From assembly GCF_009914755.1 (NCBI RefSeq), contig NC_060932.1: 64,000 nt of DNA. One strand, 5' to 3'. A program made the position numbers and the translations under genes. This DNA comes from the human T2T-CHM13v2.0 reference genome, Homo sapiens. Below the pieces are notes generated by a model. It saw only the letters and a program-made list of their open reading frames with translations. It was not told the DNA's origin and made no database searches. This document shows positions 24,418-38,549 of this stretch, piece after piece (the first letter of the stretch is position 1; each line of letters starts with the position of its first letter).

Positions 24418-25439
24418 ATGGGGAGAAACCAGAGCAAAAAGCTGAAAATTCTAAAAATCAGAATGCCTCTTCTCCAAAGAATTGCAGCTCCTCATGAGGA
24501 ACGGAAAAAAGCTGGACTGAGAATGACTTTGATGAGCTGACAGAAGTAGGCTTCAGAAGGTATGTAATAACAAACTTCTCCGAGCTAAAGGAAGATGTTC
24601 AAACCCATCACAGGGAAGCTAAAAACCTTGAAAAGAGATTAGATGAATGGCTAACTAGAATAAATAGTGTACAAAAGACCATAAATGGCCTGATGGAGCT
24701 GAAAACCATGGCACAAGAACTTCATGATGCATGCACAAGCTTCAATAGACAATATGATCAAGTGTAAGAAAGGGTATCAGTGATTGAACATCAAATTATG
24801 AAATAAAGTGAGAAGACAAGGTTAGAGAAAAAAAGAGTAAAAAGAAATGAACAAAGCCCCCAAGAAATATGGGACTATGTGAAAAGACCAAATCTATGTC
24901 TGATTGGTGTACGGGAAATTGATGGGGAGAATGGAACCAAGTTGGAAAACACTCTTCAGGATGCTATACAGGAGAACTTACCCAACCTAGCAATGCAGGT
25001 CAACACTCAAATTCAGGAAATACGGAGAACACCGAAAAGATAATCCTCAAGAAGATCAACCCCAAGACACATAGTTGTCAGTTTCACGAAGGTTGGAATG
25101 AAGGAAAAAGTGTTAAGGGAAGCCAGAGAGGAAGGTTGAGTTACACACAAAGGGAATCTCATCAGAATAAAAGCAGATCTCTCGGCAGAGACTCTACAAG
25201 CCAGAAGAGAGTGGGGGCCAATATTCAACATTCTTAAAGAACAGAATTTTCCATCCAAAATCTCATATCCAGCCAAAGTTAACATCATAAGTGAAGGAGA
25301 AATACAATCCTTTACAGAAAAGCAAATGCTGAGAGATTTTGTCACCACCAGGCCTGCCTTACAAGAGCTCCTGAAGGAAGCAATAAACATAGAAAGAAAC
25401 AATGGGTACCAGACCCTGCAAAAATATGCCAAATTGTAA
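24418..25439 (+). pseudogene. L1 ORF1 remnant (frameshifts and stops)
   Basis: ATG GGG AGA AAC CAG start and ..GCC AAA TTG TAA end; broken reading frame. Confidence 0.9.
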
Positions 25440-25502
25440 AGATCATCGATGCTATGAAGAAGCTGCATCAATTAATGGGCAAAATAAATAGCAAACATCA
25501 TA

Positions 25503-28500
25503 ATGACAGGATCAAATTCACACATAACAATATGAACCTTAAATATAAATGGGCTAAATGCCCTAATTAAAAGACACAGACTGGCAAATTGGATAAAGAG
25601 TCAAGACCCATCAATGTGCTGTATTCAGGAGACCCATCTCACATGCAAAGCTGAACATAGGCTCAAAATAAAGGGATGGAAGAAGATCTACCAAGCAAAT
25701 GGAAAGCAAAAAAAAAAAAAAAAAAAAGCAGGGGTTGTAATCCTAGTCCCTGATAAAACAGACTTTAAACCAACAAAGATCAAAAGAGACAAAGAAGGCC
25801 ATTACGTGATGGTAAAGAGATCAATTCAACAAGAAAAGCTAACTATCCTAAATATATATGCACCCAATACAGGAGCACCCGGATTCATAAAGCAAGTCCT
25901 GAGAGACCTAAAATGAGACTTAGAATCCCACAGAATAACAATGGGAGATTTTAACACCCCACTGTCAATATTAGACAGATCAATGAGACAGAATGTTAAC
26001 AAGCATATCCAGGACCTGAACTCAGCTCTGCAACAAGCAGACCTAATAGACATCTACAGAACTCTTCACCCCAAATCAACAGAATATACATTCTTCTCAG
26101 TGCTACATCACACTTATTCTAAAATTGACCATTTAATTGGAAGTAAAGCACTCCTTAGCAAATGTAAAAGAACAGAAATCACAACAAACTGTCTCTCAGA
26201 CCACAGTGCAATCAAATTAGAGCTCAGGATTAAGAAACTCACTTAAAACCACATAACTACATGGAAACAGAACAACTTGCTCCTGAATGACTACTGGGTA
26301 AATAAAAAAATGAAGGCAGAGATAAAGATGTTCTTTGAAACCAATGAGACCAAAGATACAACATACCAGAATCTTTGGGACACATTTAAAGCAGTGTGTA
26401 GGAGGAAATTTATAGCACTAAATGCCCTCAAGAGAAAGCAGGAAAGATCTAAAACTGACAAAAACATATCTATGCAAACAAAGTAGAAAATCTAGAAGAA
26501 ATGGATAAATTCCTCGACACATATACCCTCCCAAGACTAAACCAGGAAGAAGTTGAATCCCTGAATAGACCAATAACAGGCTCTGAAACTGAGGCAATAA
26601 TTAATAGCCTACCAACCAAAAAAAGTCCAGGACCAGATAGATTCATAGCCGAATTCTACCGGAGGTACAAAAGCAGCTGGTACCATTCCTTTTGAAACTA
26701 TTCCAATCAACAGAAAAAGAGGGAATCCTCCCTAACTCATTTTATTGGGCCAGAGTCATCCTGATACCAAAGCCTGGCAGAGACACACAAAAAAAGAGAA
26801 TTTTAGACCAATATCCCTGATGAACATTGATGCAAAAATCTTCAGTAAAATACTGGCAAGCCAAATCCAGCATCACATCAAAAAGCTTATCCACCACTAT
26901 CAAGTTGGCTTCATTCCTGGAATGCAAGGCTTGTTCAACATACGCACATCAATAAACGTAATAGATCACATAAACAGAACCAATGACAAAAACCACATGA
27001 TTATCTCAATAGATGCAGGACAGCTTTCGACAAAATTCAACAGCCCTTCATGCTAAAAACTCTCAATAGGTAGTGATGGAATATATTATCTCAAAATAAT
27101 AAGATATATTTATTACAAACCCACAGCCAAATCATACTGAATGGGCAAAAACTGGAAGCATTCCTTTTGAAAACTGGGACAAGACAAGGATGCCATCTCT
27201 CACCACTCCTATTCAACACAGTGTTGGAAGTTCTGGCCAGGGCAATCAGGCAAGAGAAAGAAATAAAGTGTATTCAATTAGGAAAAGAGGAAATCAAATT
27301 GTCCCTGTTTGCAGATGACATGATTGTATATTTAGAAAATGCCATCATCTCAGCCCAAAATCTCTTTAAGCTGATAAGCAACTTCAGGAAAGTCTCAGGA
27401 TATAAAATCAATGTACAAAAATCACAAGCATTGCTACACACTATTAACAGAAAAACAGAGAGCCAAATCACGAGTGAACTCCCATTCACAATTGCTACAA
27501 AGAGGATAAAATACCTAGGAATCCAACTTACAAGGGATGAGAAGGACCCCTTCAAGGAGCACTACCAAGCACCACTCAACAAAATAAAAGACAAAAACAA
27601 GTGGAAGAATATTCCATGCTCATGGATAGGAAGAATCAATATCGTGAAAATGGCCATACTGCCCAAGGTAATTTATAGATTCAATGCCATCCCCATCAAG
27701 CTACCAATGACTTTCTTCACATAATTGGAAAAAACTGCTTTAAAGTTCATATGGAACCAAAAAAGAGCCCCTATAGCCAACATGATCCTAAGCAAAAAGA
27801 ATACAGTTGGAGGCATCATACTACCTGACTTCAAACTATACTATAAGGCTATAGTAACCAAAACAGCATGGTACTGGTACCAAAACAGAGATATAGACCA
27901 ATGGAACAGAACAGAACCCACAGAAATAACACCACACATCTACAACCATCTGATCTTTGACAAACCTGACAAAAACAAGAGATGGGGAAAGGATTCCCTA
28001 TTTAATAAATGGTGCTGGGAAACCTGGCTAGCCATAAGTAGAAAGCTGAAACTGGATCCCTTCCTTACACCTTAAACAAAAGTTAATTCAAGATGGATTA
28101 AAGACTTAAATGTTAGACCTAAAACCATAAAATCCCTAGAAGAAAACCTAGGCAGTACCATTCAGGACATAGGTATGTGAATGGACTTCATGACTAAAAC
28201 ACAAAAAGCAATGGCAACAAAAGCCACAATAGACAAATCTGATCTAATTAAACTAAAGAGCTTCTGCATAGCAAAAGAAACTACCATCAGAGTGAACAGG
28301 CAACCTACAGAATGGGAGAAAATTTTTGCAATCTACCCATCTGTCAAAGGGCTAATATCCAGGATCTACAAAGAACTCAGACACATTTACAAGAAAAGAA
28401 CAAATAACCCCATCAAAAAGTGCGCAAAGCATATGAACAGACACTTCTCAAAAGAAGACATCTATGCAGCCAACAGACACATGAAAAAATGCTCTTCATC

Positions 28501-29028
28501 ACTGGTCTTCAGAGAAATGCAAATCAAAACCACTATGAGATACCATCTGACACCAGTTAGAATGGCAATCATTAAAAAGTCAGGAAACAACAGAGGCTAG
28601 AGAGGATGTGGAGAAATAGGAACGCTTTTACACTGTTGGGAGTGTAAATTAGTTCAACTATTGTGGAACACTGTGGCTATTCCTCAAGGATCTAGAACTA
28701 GAATTACTACTTGACCCAGCCATCCCATTACTGGGTATATACCCAAAGGATTATAAATCATGCTACTATAAAGACACTGCAAACATATGTTTATTGCACC
28801 ACTATTCACAATAGCAAAGAGTTGGAACCAACCCAAATGTCCAACAATGATAGACTGGATTAAGAAAATGTGGCACATATACACCATAGAATACTATGCA
28901 GCCATAAAAAGGATGAGTTCATGTCCTTTGCAGAGACACGGATGAAGCTGGAAACCATCATTCTCAGCAAACTATCTCAAGGACAGAAAACCAAACACCA
29001 TATGTCCTCACTCATAGGTGGGAATTGA
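25503..29028 (+). pseudogene. L1 ORF2 (EN/RT) remnant
   Basis: ORF-track peptides [49 protein letters not shown] in shifting frames. Confidence 0.92.
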
Positions 29029-29305
29029 ACAATGAGAACACTTGACACAGGGTGAGGAACATCACACACCAGGGCCTGTCAGGAGGTGGGGGTCTAGGGG
29101 AGGGATAACATTAGGAGAAATACCTCATGTAAATGATGAGTTGATGGGTGCAGCAAACCAACATGACACATGTGTACCTATGTAGCAAACCTGCACGTTG
29201 TGCACATGTACCCTAGAACTTAAAGTATAATAATAAAAAATAAAATCTCTAAATTACCTGCCAAGTGCTTTTGTGTTTAGTCATTCATTAAACAAATATT
29301 AACTA

Positions 29306-29307
<2 letters not shown>

Positions 29308-29348
<41 letters not shown>
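29308..29348. repeat. (CA)n microsatellite
   Basis: Read directly. Confidence 0.95.
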
Positions 29349-29351
<3 letters not shown>

Positions 29352-29489
29352 TCTACACCTAAAGGAGAAAAATCTTACCTACACAAAAAATACTACTCTT
29401 CACGCAAGAAGCTGTCTATATGTAAAAATCTTAGCTCTAAACTGCTGGTGGGCTTGTGAGGTTGGAAGAACAATATCTGTCAGCATAAA

Positions 29490-30130
29490 GATTTACTGAA
29501 AGTGGAGGCATTGATGAGGACAGTAGTTGAAAAATTGGAAAAAAATGTAAAATGCAATCTGTACAAAATAACGAGGTTAACAGAAGATTAGTCTGAATAG
29601 TAAAAGATCACTGAGCATAAAGCATGGCAATAGAACTTATTCAAAATAAAGCTCAGGATTAAAAAAGCTAAAGAAATACAAACAGAGACTTAGATGTGTG
29701 GCAATATGAAGTGTTGTATGTGTACCTGAAGGCTCAAATGGAGGGGGTTGCAGGAAAAATATTTTAGGACTGATGACTAATATTTTCCCCAGCTTGACAA
29801 AAATTATAACTTCACAAATGTCAGAAGTTCAACAAACCCAAGAAGAAGAAATTTAAATAATTTAAAACCAAGGGACAACAAAGTAAAATTGCTTAAAATC
29901 AGTTATGAGAAAAATCTTAAAAACAGCCAGAGGAAAAAATATCATACTGCATGCAAAGTTATAAATGTAAGAATTACAGCATACTTTTTATTAGAGTCTA
30001 GGCAAGCAGAAAACAATGAAATAGGATCACTATAATACTACTAATTTAAAAAAACAGGATTAAAAGCAGTAATAAAAAAATTGTCAAGCTCAAATTCTAT
30101 ACTCAAAGAAAACAAGTTTTGAAATTAATG
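29490..30130 (+). mobile_element. L1ME-type ORF1 region
   Basis: 'agaagttcaacaaacccaagaag', 'gagaaaaatcttaaaaacagccagaggaaaaa', 'aagaattacagcatactt'. Confidence 0.65.
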
Positions 30131-31019
30131 TCAAAATCCTCAGATTTAACTGCCTTTTCCAGATTCTGCTTCTTTTAAAGTTTTCTGGATGAGATATTTT
30201 AATTGAAGTATGTGTCTAAGTTGACAACCAAAGGGAATGATTAGTAGTAGTTTTGTGGTGCTCAAAGCTCTCTATCCTAGGCTTCGTACCATTTACTTTT
30301 CTCAAACCACTGGATTAGTAGAGATCAGGACCTTGTATTATTTTTTCCCCCACAGGACACACTACTGAGCCAAGTAGATGATAACCAGAGAAGAATAAAC
30401 TTAGAGGTCAAATAAATAGATATTTGAAGAATATAACCACTTCAAATAATAGTTCAAAAGAAAAAAATCAATACAATGGAGAGGGAACATATATCAAGTC
30501 AACCAAAAGTAATGGAAAAGACAGATCTAGAACTAGAAATAAACACAATAAAATTTTAAAGAAATAAGGGAGGCTGTTAGCAGTAACCAACAAGAATAAG
30601 TAATAATTAAAAAGCATCAAGATAACACAATACAGAAAGTTATTTAAAATAAAGTACCACACATATGAGTCAAAGAGTAGTATAAATATGTAAGAAACAA
30701 ATCAGCAAGGTAAGTGGTCAAACAGGAATGTTAAAAAGGTGACAGAAAGGGATAAAAAAGTATAATATATATTTAAAAAGTAGAAGATATAAAACATGAA
30801 GTATCCATTTTGGGTTCAAAACATCCTAGAAGAGGAGGAGAGGGAGAGGAACATAGAGAATTAATTATATTTGAAAAATAATTTTGTCAACTACCAGAAA
30901 TAATCAAAAACAAGATTTTAAGAAAGAAAACACTGGTTAAAATAAGAGATTGCATGATTAATTCCTTAATCATATGGCTAAAGGATCACAAGTAAACAAG
31001 TAACAGAAAAGAACTATGT

Positions 31020-31700
31020 CTTATGACATTTTTGAAATTTCATGGATTACAATCATTTAACAAATGCTACAATGATTTACCAGTACAGTATATTTTTAAA
31101 AAGTGTTATCTGCTATGCATATATTTCTCAAGGTACATTGGTGCATATATATGAATATTTAGGTATTTATCATGTTTTTCCTTGATAGGAAAATTGTCAT
31201 ACTCAAGTACTGTGAAGCAGACAGAGATTAATTATTGAGGTCTAAAAAAACTGAAAAACTGCCTGTCATTTCTAGTGCCTTACACAATGTTTGGGATAGT
31301 CACATATGTTTTATACTTATATAAATAGTTAGAAAAATATATGAGATAATCAGAGTTTCAAAACATTGCTTATTGAATGTCTGCATGACAGACAGCAAAA
31401 CATTAGACACTTAGGTTAGTGGGTTTGGGATTGTATTGGGATTATATTCTAACCTTTTAAAAGCCATAAAAGTTATGCTCATAATTTAGGTTCACTTACA
31501 AACAGTTCTAGTATACATTGTCCTGATTCAAGATTTCATAGTATAAAAGCTATACCATTCATATTCCTTAATAAATATTTTTCCCACTAAATATTTTAAC
31601 CTTTTATAAAAAGCCCACGATGTTGATTTGTCTTTTTCTAAAATAAAATTAGTCCACATGGCTCCAGATAATAATTATATCACAAATTTCTGGAAGATAC
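31020..31700 (+). mobile_element. Ancient L1 ORF2 fossil (EN N-terminus, RT2-3; heavily deleted)
   Basis: *N/HGLQSFNK (31033-31064) ~ WNVxGLxxxxK; IF/QGTLVHIY (~31121-31152); LLNV (31370); KAHDVDLSF (31610) ~ KAFDxVxWxF. Confidence 0.45.
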
Positions 31701-31882
31701 ATTATTTCTCTTCCTTTTCTTCTCTTTATTTACTTCTGTATTAGACTAATATTTCCAACATTATTTTAAGCTTTCTTTTAAATTTTTTCTGTCACAGTTC
31801 GGAGACAATATATATTTGGTATATAGGGACGAGTGGGAAATAGTGACTTGAGAAAAATTTGTGATACAGAAGAAGGTGAAGG

Positions 31883-33335
31883 TGTGTCCGGAATTGGTGG
31901 GTTCTTCGTCTCACTGACTTCAAGAGTGAAGCCACGGACGCTTGCAGTGAGTGTTACAATTCTTAAAGATGGTGTTTCCAGAGTTTGTTCCTTCTGATGT
32001 TTGGACGTGTTTGGAGTTTCTTCTTTCTGGTGGGTTCATGGTCTCACTGGCCTCAGGAGTGAAGCTACAGACCTTTGCGGTGAGTGTTACATCTCATAAA
32101 GGCAGTGCAGACCCAAAAAGTGAGCAGCAGCAAGATTTATTGCAAAGAGCAAAAGAACAAAGCTTCCACAATGTGGAAGGGTACCTGAGCAGGTTGCCTC
32201 TGCTGCCTCCGGCAGCCTGCTTTTATTCCCTTATCTGACCCCACCCACACCCTGCTGATTGGCCCATTTTACAGAGAGCTGGTTGGTCCATTTTACAGAG
32301 AGCTGATTGGTTCGTTTTGACAAGGTGCTGATTGGTGCATTTACAAACCTTGAGATAGACATGGAGTGCTGATTGGTGTATTTAGAATCCTCTAGCTAGA
32401 CGTAAAAGTTCTCCAAGTCCCCACTAGATTAGCTAGACACAGAGCACTGATTGGCACATTTACAAACCTTGAGCTAGACACAGGGTGCTGATTGGTGTGT
32501 TTACAAACCTTGAGCTAGACACAGAGTGCTGATTGGTGCATTTACAAACCTTGAGTTAGACACGGGGTGCTGATTGGTGCATGTACGATCCTTTAGCTAG
32601 ACATAAAAGTTCTCCAAGTCCCCACCAGATTAGCTAGATACAGAGTGCTGATTGGTGCATCCACGAACCCCAATCTAGACACAGAGTGCTGATTGGTGCA
32701 TATACAATCCTCTGGCTAGACATAAAAGTTCTCCAAGTCCCTACCCAACTCAGGAGCCTAGTTGGCTTTGCCTAGTGGATCCTGCACCAGGGCTGTGGGC
32801 AGAGCTGCGTGCTGGTCCCGCTCTGTGGGCCTGCACTCCTCAGCCCTTGGGTGGTTGATGGGCAGACTGGGCACCTCAGAGCAGGGGGTGGCACCTGTTG
32901 GGGAGGCTCAGGCTGCACGGGAGCCCACCGCCAGGGGGCTCAGGCATGGTGGGCTGCAGGTCCCGAGCCCTGTCCTGTGGGGAGACAGCTGAGGCCCGGT
33001 GAGAATTTGAGCATGGCGCAGGCAGGCCGGCAGTGCTGGGGGACCCGGCACCCCCTACATGGCTGCTGGCCTGGGTGCTAAGCCCCTCACTGCCCAGGGC
33101 TGGTGGCAAACTCGCACTGGCCCACAAATGCCATGCGCAGCCCCGGTTCCCACCTGCGCCTCTCCCTTCACACCCTGCAAGCAGTGGGAGCCAGCTCCAA
33201 CCTTGGCCAACCCAGAGAGGGGCTCCCACAGTGCAGGAGTGTGCTGAAGGGCTCCTCAAGCGTGGCCAGAGTGGACGCCGAGACTCAGGAGGTGCTGAGA
33301 GCGAGCAAGGGCTGCTAGCATGTTGTCACCTCTCA
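31883..33335 (-). mobile_element. LTR12 (ERV9) solo LTR
   Basis: rc termini TGAGAGGTGACAAC...AATTCCGGACACA; 4-bp TSD aagg at 31879-31882 and 33336-33339; GC-rich U3 and tandem CCAAT repeats. Confidence 0.97.
32218..32700 (-). promoter_or_regulatory. LTR12 promoter/enhancer: ~10 CCAAT (NF-Y) boxes, GATA site, AATAAA TATA-like box; fires leftward
   Basis: Repeated ctgattgg 32255-32696; cttatctg ~32230; ttttattccc 32221. Confidence 0.8.
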
Positions 33336-34029
33336 AAGGGATACCAACTTTACCTGCTAAAGAGTAGACAGAGTTAAAGTAGTAAATTCAGAAGAAACTG
33401 CACAAGTAAAGAAGAAGTAAACTTAGAAGAAACTTAAAACATAAGAAAAGGAAGAAATAGACTTGAGGTGAGAAAGACAAAAGAAATAGAAATTCTTCCG
33501 AATTTAGATGTGGATTATATTCTTTTCCCAGGATAGTAAAGATATTTCAAGATATCAGGAAATGTGGTTAGGCTGAATTAAAGATCTTGGTCCAGCTGCA
33601 CTGGGCATGCTCCACTCTGCTGGCCCTGGTAAAAGGATATGGTCTTCTAATAATTGATATATAATGATGAAAATCACATGAAATTAAATAAACATGTTTT
33701 CTGAATATTTCAAAATAAACTTAGGTTTACATGTTTTAGAGAAGAAAACAGAAAATGTCTGCATCCTGTTGACTTGCTTCTTATAGCACTGACTCTCATT
33801 AGCATGATGTAATATATCTTGTAGTAATTAAAGCCAGTTATTATTAGTCTAATTCATGGCTGCTTGAAATGGAATTCCAGAAATCCGGAAGCACAAATGA
33901 GAAAAACAGAAATCTTTGTTCCTCGGCTCTAGGTAGAAGAGTCAGAGCCATCCATGAGTCAGCTGCTTGATTTTCTCTTTGTGCCACTATCATCTCCTTG
34001 CATTTAGGGCCACTTAGAGGTGAGGAAAA

Positions 34030-34600
34030 GAAAAGGATTCAACATATAGCATATTGGTTTTTATTGTACATGTTATTCAGAATTTCTTTGTAAAACTGTT
34101 TCCAAAACAATAAAAGCAACTAAAAAATTAGTAAGTGAAATATATCACGCTTGCCTGCTTCCTCCCAAACATATCACATCAATTAATTACTTTTTACTGA
34201 TGAAAATAATCTAACTTCCATTAAGGCAACTCTTTCAGTTCCTCAGGGTAAAAAGAAGTTCTTAGTTTTTTAAATGCTATAATTTGGAGCATGTTAGGAG
34301 GTACAGAGAATTGGAGATAATGCTACTTAACTACATTATTTTCTTTCAATGTAAGTAAGATTTCATTAGGCAGAATTTCAAACCCATCAATCACAGGTAA
34401 AAAATTCAGTTACAACTGAAGTGTTTATCATATTTTAAACTCATATAAACTTGAGGGACAATGTGAATGGTAGTTATTGAAGCAGTTTAAAGGATTACCC
34501 TTTGTCAAAGAACATAAGCATTAAGTTTGTATTTTCATTGTGCATAACAAATGTTATAAAATACTCTTTGAAATAAATGACAGGGAGAATCCCTGTACTT
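34030..34600 (-). mobile_element. Ancient L1 Z-domain + RT1-2 fossil
   Basis: FKEYF..LMLMFFDK..KL (34572-); PVIDGF (34397-34380) ~ PGPDGF; IIFISKK (34210-34190); *YISLTN (34147-34127) ~ RPISLLN; LETVLQR; NKNQYA ~ DQxGF. Confidence 0.6.
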
Positions 34601-35877
34601 AATCTTTAAAAAAATAGTTTTCATTCGGCTCATGTTAAGAAATATGTATTTAAGCTACACTTACCATTTATTATGAGTCAATCACCAACTAGGATGTGAA
34701 AAATATTCTCCCATAAAATAAAATGACTATTCCATTCTCTTTGGGAAAAGGTAATTTAATTTAAAAAACTATATATACATATTTTGTTTGAAGGATCTTT
34801 GTTGTCAAGTGAAAATAAAACATTTGTCTTCAGTCCAACATAAGAAATTAACAGAAAATCTTTAACATTTTCAATAATATGGTGCATGTCTGTTTCCTGA
34901 AAAAATCTTTTGATGAAAGATGAGATTTGCATGTATGAAATTTCATATCTCTTATGAAGTGACTGTAAATTATATTCTTAAAATTCTTAGTGGGAAAACA
35001 AACACACACATTTTTTAAAGTTATTTTCAGTATATATTCCCTACTAGCAACAAGTATATATACTTTTTATTGATTTCATTTATTGTCTATGGGAGTATGA
35101 GATGGAGAATTTAGGTGCTTTAACACTTCTTAATGTAAATATTTAGCCTTTTAAGGCCAAGTATACAACTGGTTTTAAACATCACTACCTTCTTTCTCTC
35201 ACATTTTAGCTCAAAACAAGTTCCAATTTCTCTCAGCTATAATTCCAAAATCATTCTATTCTGTCTGGCTTAAGATCACCTTACCCATTACTTCCAATTT
35301 ACTTCCAAATTTATTGAAATATGTAATATATATTCACTCTTTCATTTCTCATCTTTCAGTTGCTTCAGTATCAAGGTAGTCCCTGACTCTCCATTGAAAC
35401 ATCTTTTACTGTCTGGCAAAATGTTCTGTCTGCTGAATCCCATGGCCCTTTCCTGTGTATACTCTTCTGTATCTTCAAATATCAAGCATCGATTCATTCT
35501 GGATCAACTCTTCTTTTGCCTCATGGCAACATTATCTCTGTCTTACAGTTCCTCATTCTGTCTACAACATTTAATATCCTTTACGGGTTTATTTTTGTTT
35601 GTTCATGTCAAGTAATCTAGTTCTTTTTCCAAACATTTTATTTGAAACCAGATCATACCCTAGCCTCATGTTCTATTGGTACATCTCTGAGTGTTATATG
35701 AGGTTTCCACGACAGTGCTAAAAGCCCCACAATACTTCTTCCTGCTGGTTTGAAACAGAACCTGAGGCTTCTTGGCTCAAGAGAAGCAAATAGATTAAAA
35801 TTGAGACAGGAGAAAAAAGGGCTACATTCTACTAACAATGTTTCTGTTTCCAGAATCTCCTTGCTTTACCCAGGTAA

Positions 35878-36598
<721 letters not shown>

Positions 36599-37449
36599 CC
36601 ACTTTTCCTTTTGACAAATCTCTTAACTATTCTATATCCTTCACACAGCTTCTAGGAATCTATTATTTTAAAAATATATAAAAAATGAGGAAAAAGAAAA
36701 TATGAATCCTGTCACCTTCTATTCCTCCTCTCAAAGCCCTGAATCAGTTGCTACTAATAAAATAATAGAGAAAATGGCGATTAAGTTTCAAGAAACAGAA
36801 TTTAATCTCTTAATCCTTATTCATCTTAGACATTTATTTTCCCATCTTTTCCAGCATGTCTCCTCGTAGCTTACGCTCTCCAAGTTGTTCCATGACCATT
36901 TTTTCTTTATAGAGCTAACTCTTTCTCTTCTATTCAATCTGGAAAGTCTCCCATAAAAACATGACTTACCTTTTACTCTCCTTATCCCTGCAGGAAAGCA
37001 TTAGCCACACACATTCCTAAGTGCTCTGTCAGTATTCTTTTCCATTTAAGTATTAAATACATGCTTAATGAAATAATGAATAAATGAAACCAAACTTAGA
37101 GCAAATAGACATGGCACTTTGAGTAGGAGAGTAGTTTAATATAGAAGTAATTTAATATAGAAGTTGACTGCCATTACATTTTCTAGGTGGGGCTATAAAC
37201 AATGCTTCTCCAATCTTTAAAAGTAGTCACCACACATGACTCACATATAATTCAAAAGTGTCAAAGTAAAGCACTATGGATGTTTTATTCTTTGACATAT
37301 CAGTTTTCAAGAGGTGATGAATATTGACAAAATATTTAAGCAAATACACTCAACTTTCTGGCATGTTGGATTAATAGTAATCAAAATCTAAAGTAAACAT
37401 TTATGAGATATGAACCTTTTTTTAATGACTCATTTATTTGTAAAATAAA

Positions 37450-37950
37450 ATAACATCTTTAGTGCGTATATAATTTTGCTGTGCAGGGAACTGTTTCTTC
37501 AATATCCAATACTTGTAGGTAGATTATAAACCTTTAAAAATGGTGATATTTTTTAGTTATAAACAAAAAACAGAAGTATATCTGAATGGACATTACAATA
37601 GAGAGCCATCTTTTACTTTCATATGTTGTTACTTTAGGAAAACATTTAGTTATTCTTTCTCTTGCCAAGAGATTAGAAGACATCATTAAATACTTTGAGC
37701 TCCAGAAGGTGTCATCAACTCGCAATATTTTTGCTGAGTCATCCAAATACACACAGCTAAAAGCATTAATTTCCCCTTAAAAGTATCCTGAAAGCTGTGC
37801 TGTTTCATAAACAGAAGCAAAGTCAGCTGAAAAAATACAGTCAAATTCACCTGTAAGTGGAAATATATTTTAAAAAATCAATTTTGAGTAAAGTGTTGTT
37901 ATTTATTATAGGACAGAATTTAATCCAACTAGGTTTTTGTGCAGGAAATT
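37450..37950 (-). mobile_element. Ancient L1 endonuclease + linker fossil
   Basis: GEFDCIF (37851-37831) ~ GDFNCIL; ORF-track LDDSAKILRVDDTFWSSKYLMMSSNLL..ITKC ~ LxDxWR..YTFFS..YFLVSxxLL..ITxC; FCFLFITKK/ISPFLK..SLHSKIIY ~ FCxFIxxKISxFL..LRGKIISY. Confidence 0.65.
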
Positions 37951-38099
37951 TAATATATTTCTTGATCCTATATACATTTCATATTGAAATGTTAGAGCTA
38001 TTTCTACTGTTTCAATTGTTGGATCTAATCCTTCATCTCTGAGGGTTTAACTAATGAATTCCAAAGTCCTGACTTGCAATATGTTGTATTGCCTTTTAA

Positions 38100-38450
38100 A
38101 GGACAAGGCAGCCAAACCTGACAACAAAGTTGCCTCTTGCCACGAATTTGAAAGCATCTATTCTTGCCTGATGTGTATATAGATAATCAAAACTTGGCTT
38201 ATACTAGTAGAAATGAGTCCTTTCTAGTGAATAAATTATAAGACAACCATTCCCATTTCCTACAAATTCAAATGAATTAAGATACTTATCTTGTCATTGT
38301 CTAATATTATTATAAATTTCAATGCCATTTACTATCTAAACCTGATTTATTTTCATGTCATTCCTCTAATATAATATGATAAACTATATAATGGCAACAA
38401 GAGGAAGCAAATTTAAGTATTTCAGCATCCAGAGTAAACGCCAAATGGTT
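38100..38450 (-). mobile_element. Ancient L1 RT3-4 fossil, inverted relative to the adjacent RT5-7
   Basis: LAFTLDAE (to 38421); SIYTSGKNRCFQIRGKRQLC (to 38124) ~ SVxTNG..FxLxRGTRQGC. Confidence 0.5.
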
Positions 38451-38549
38451 TACATAGACCTACAACCACAAAGATAGTAATGAAGATCATTGCCAAAGGC
38501 CTTGATGCTAAATATCTTATTAATGTTAAATAATAAGATGCTTAGCTCT

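Larger units (their letters stand above)
23395..29239 (+). mobile_element. Full-length disabled L1PA (about PA6-7) with a ~300-bp ORF2 deletion
   Basis: 5'UTR aagatggccaaacagaaacagctcc, ORF1, ORF2, 3'UTR, A tail; perfect 17-bp TSD ataaaatctctaaatta at 23378-23394 and 29240-29256. Confidence 0.97.

Noticed and set aside
32762-33377. GC-rich ORF cluster resembling a CpG-island gene
   Set aside because: Lies within the LTR12 U3 region
37534-37851. Coding exon or cGAS/Mab-21-like EFD motif after a ttacag acceptor
   Set aside because: In-frame stop; surrounding motifs fit L1 endonuclease better
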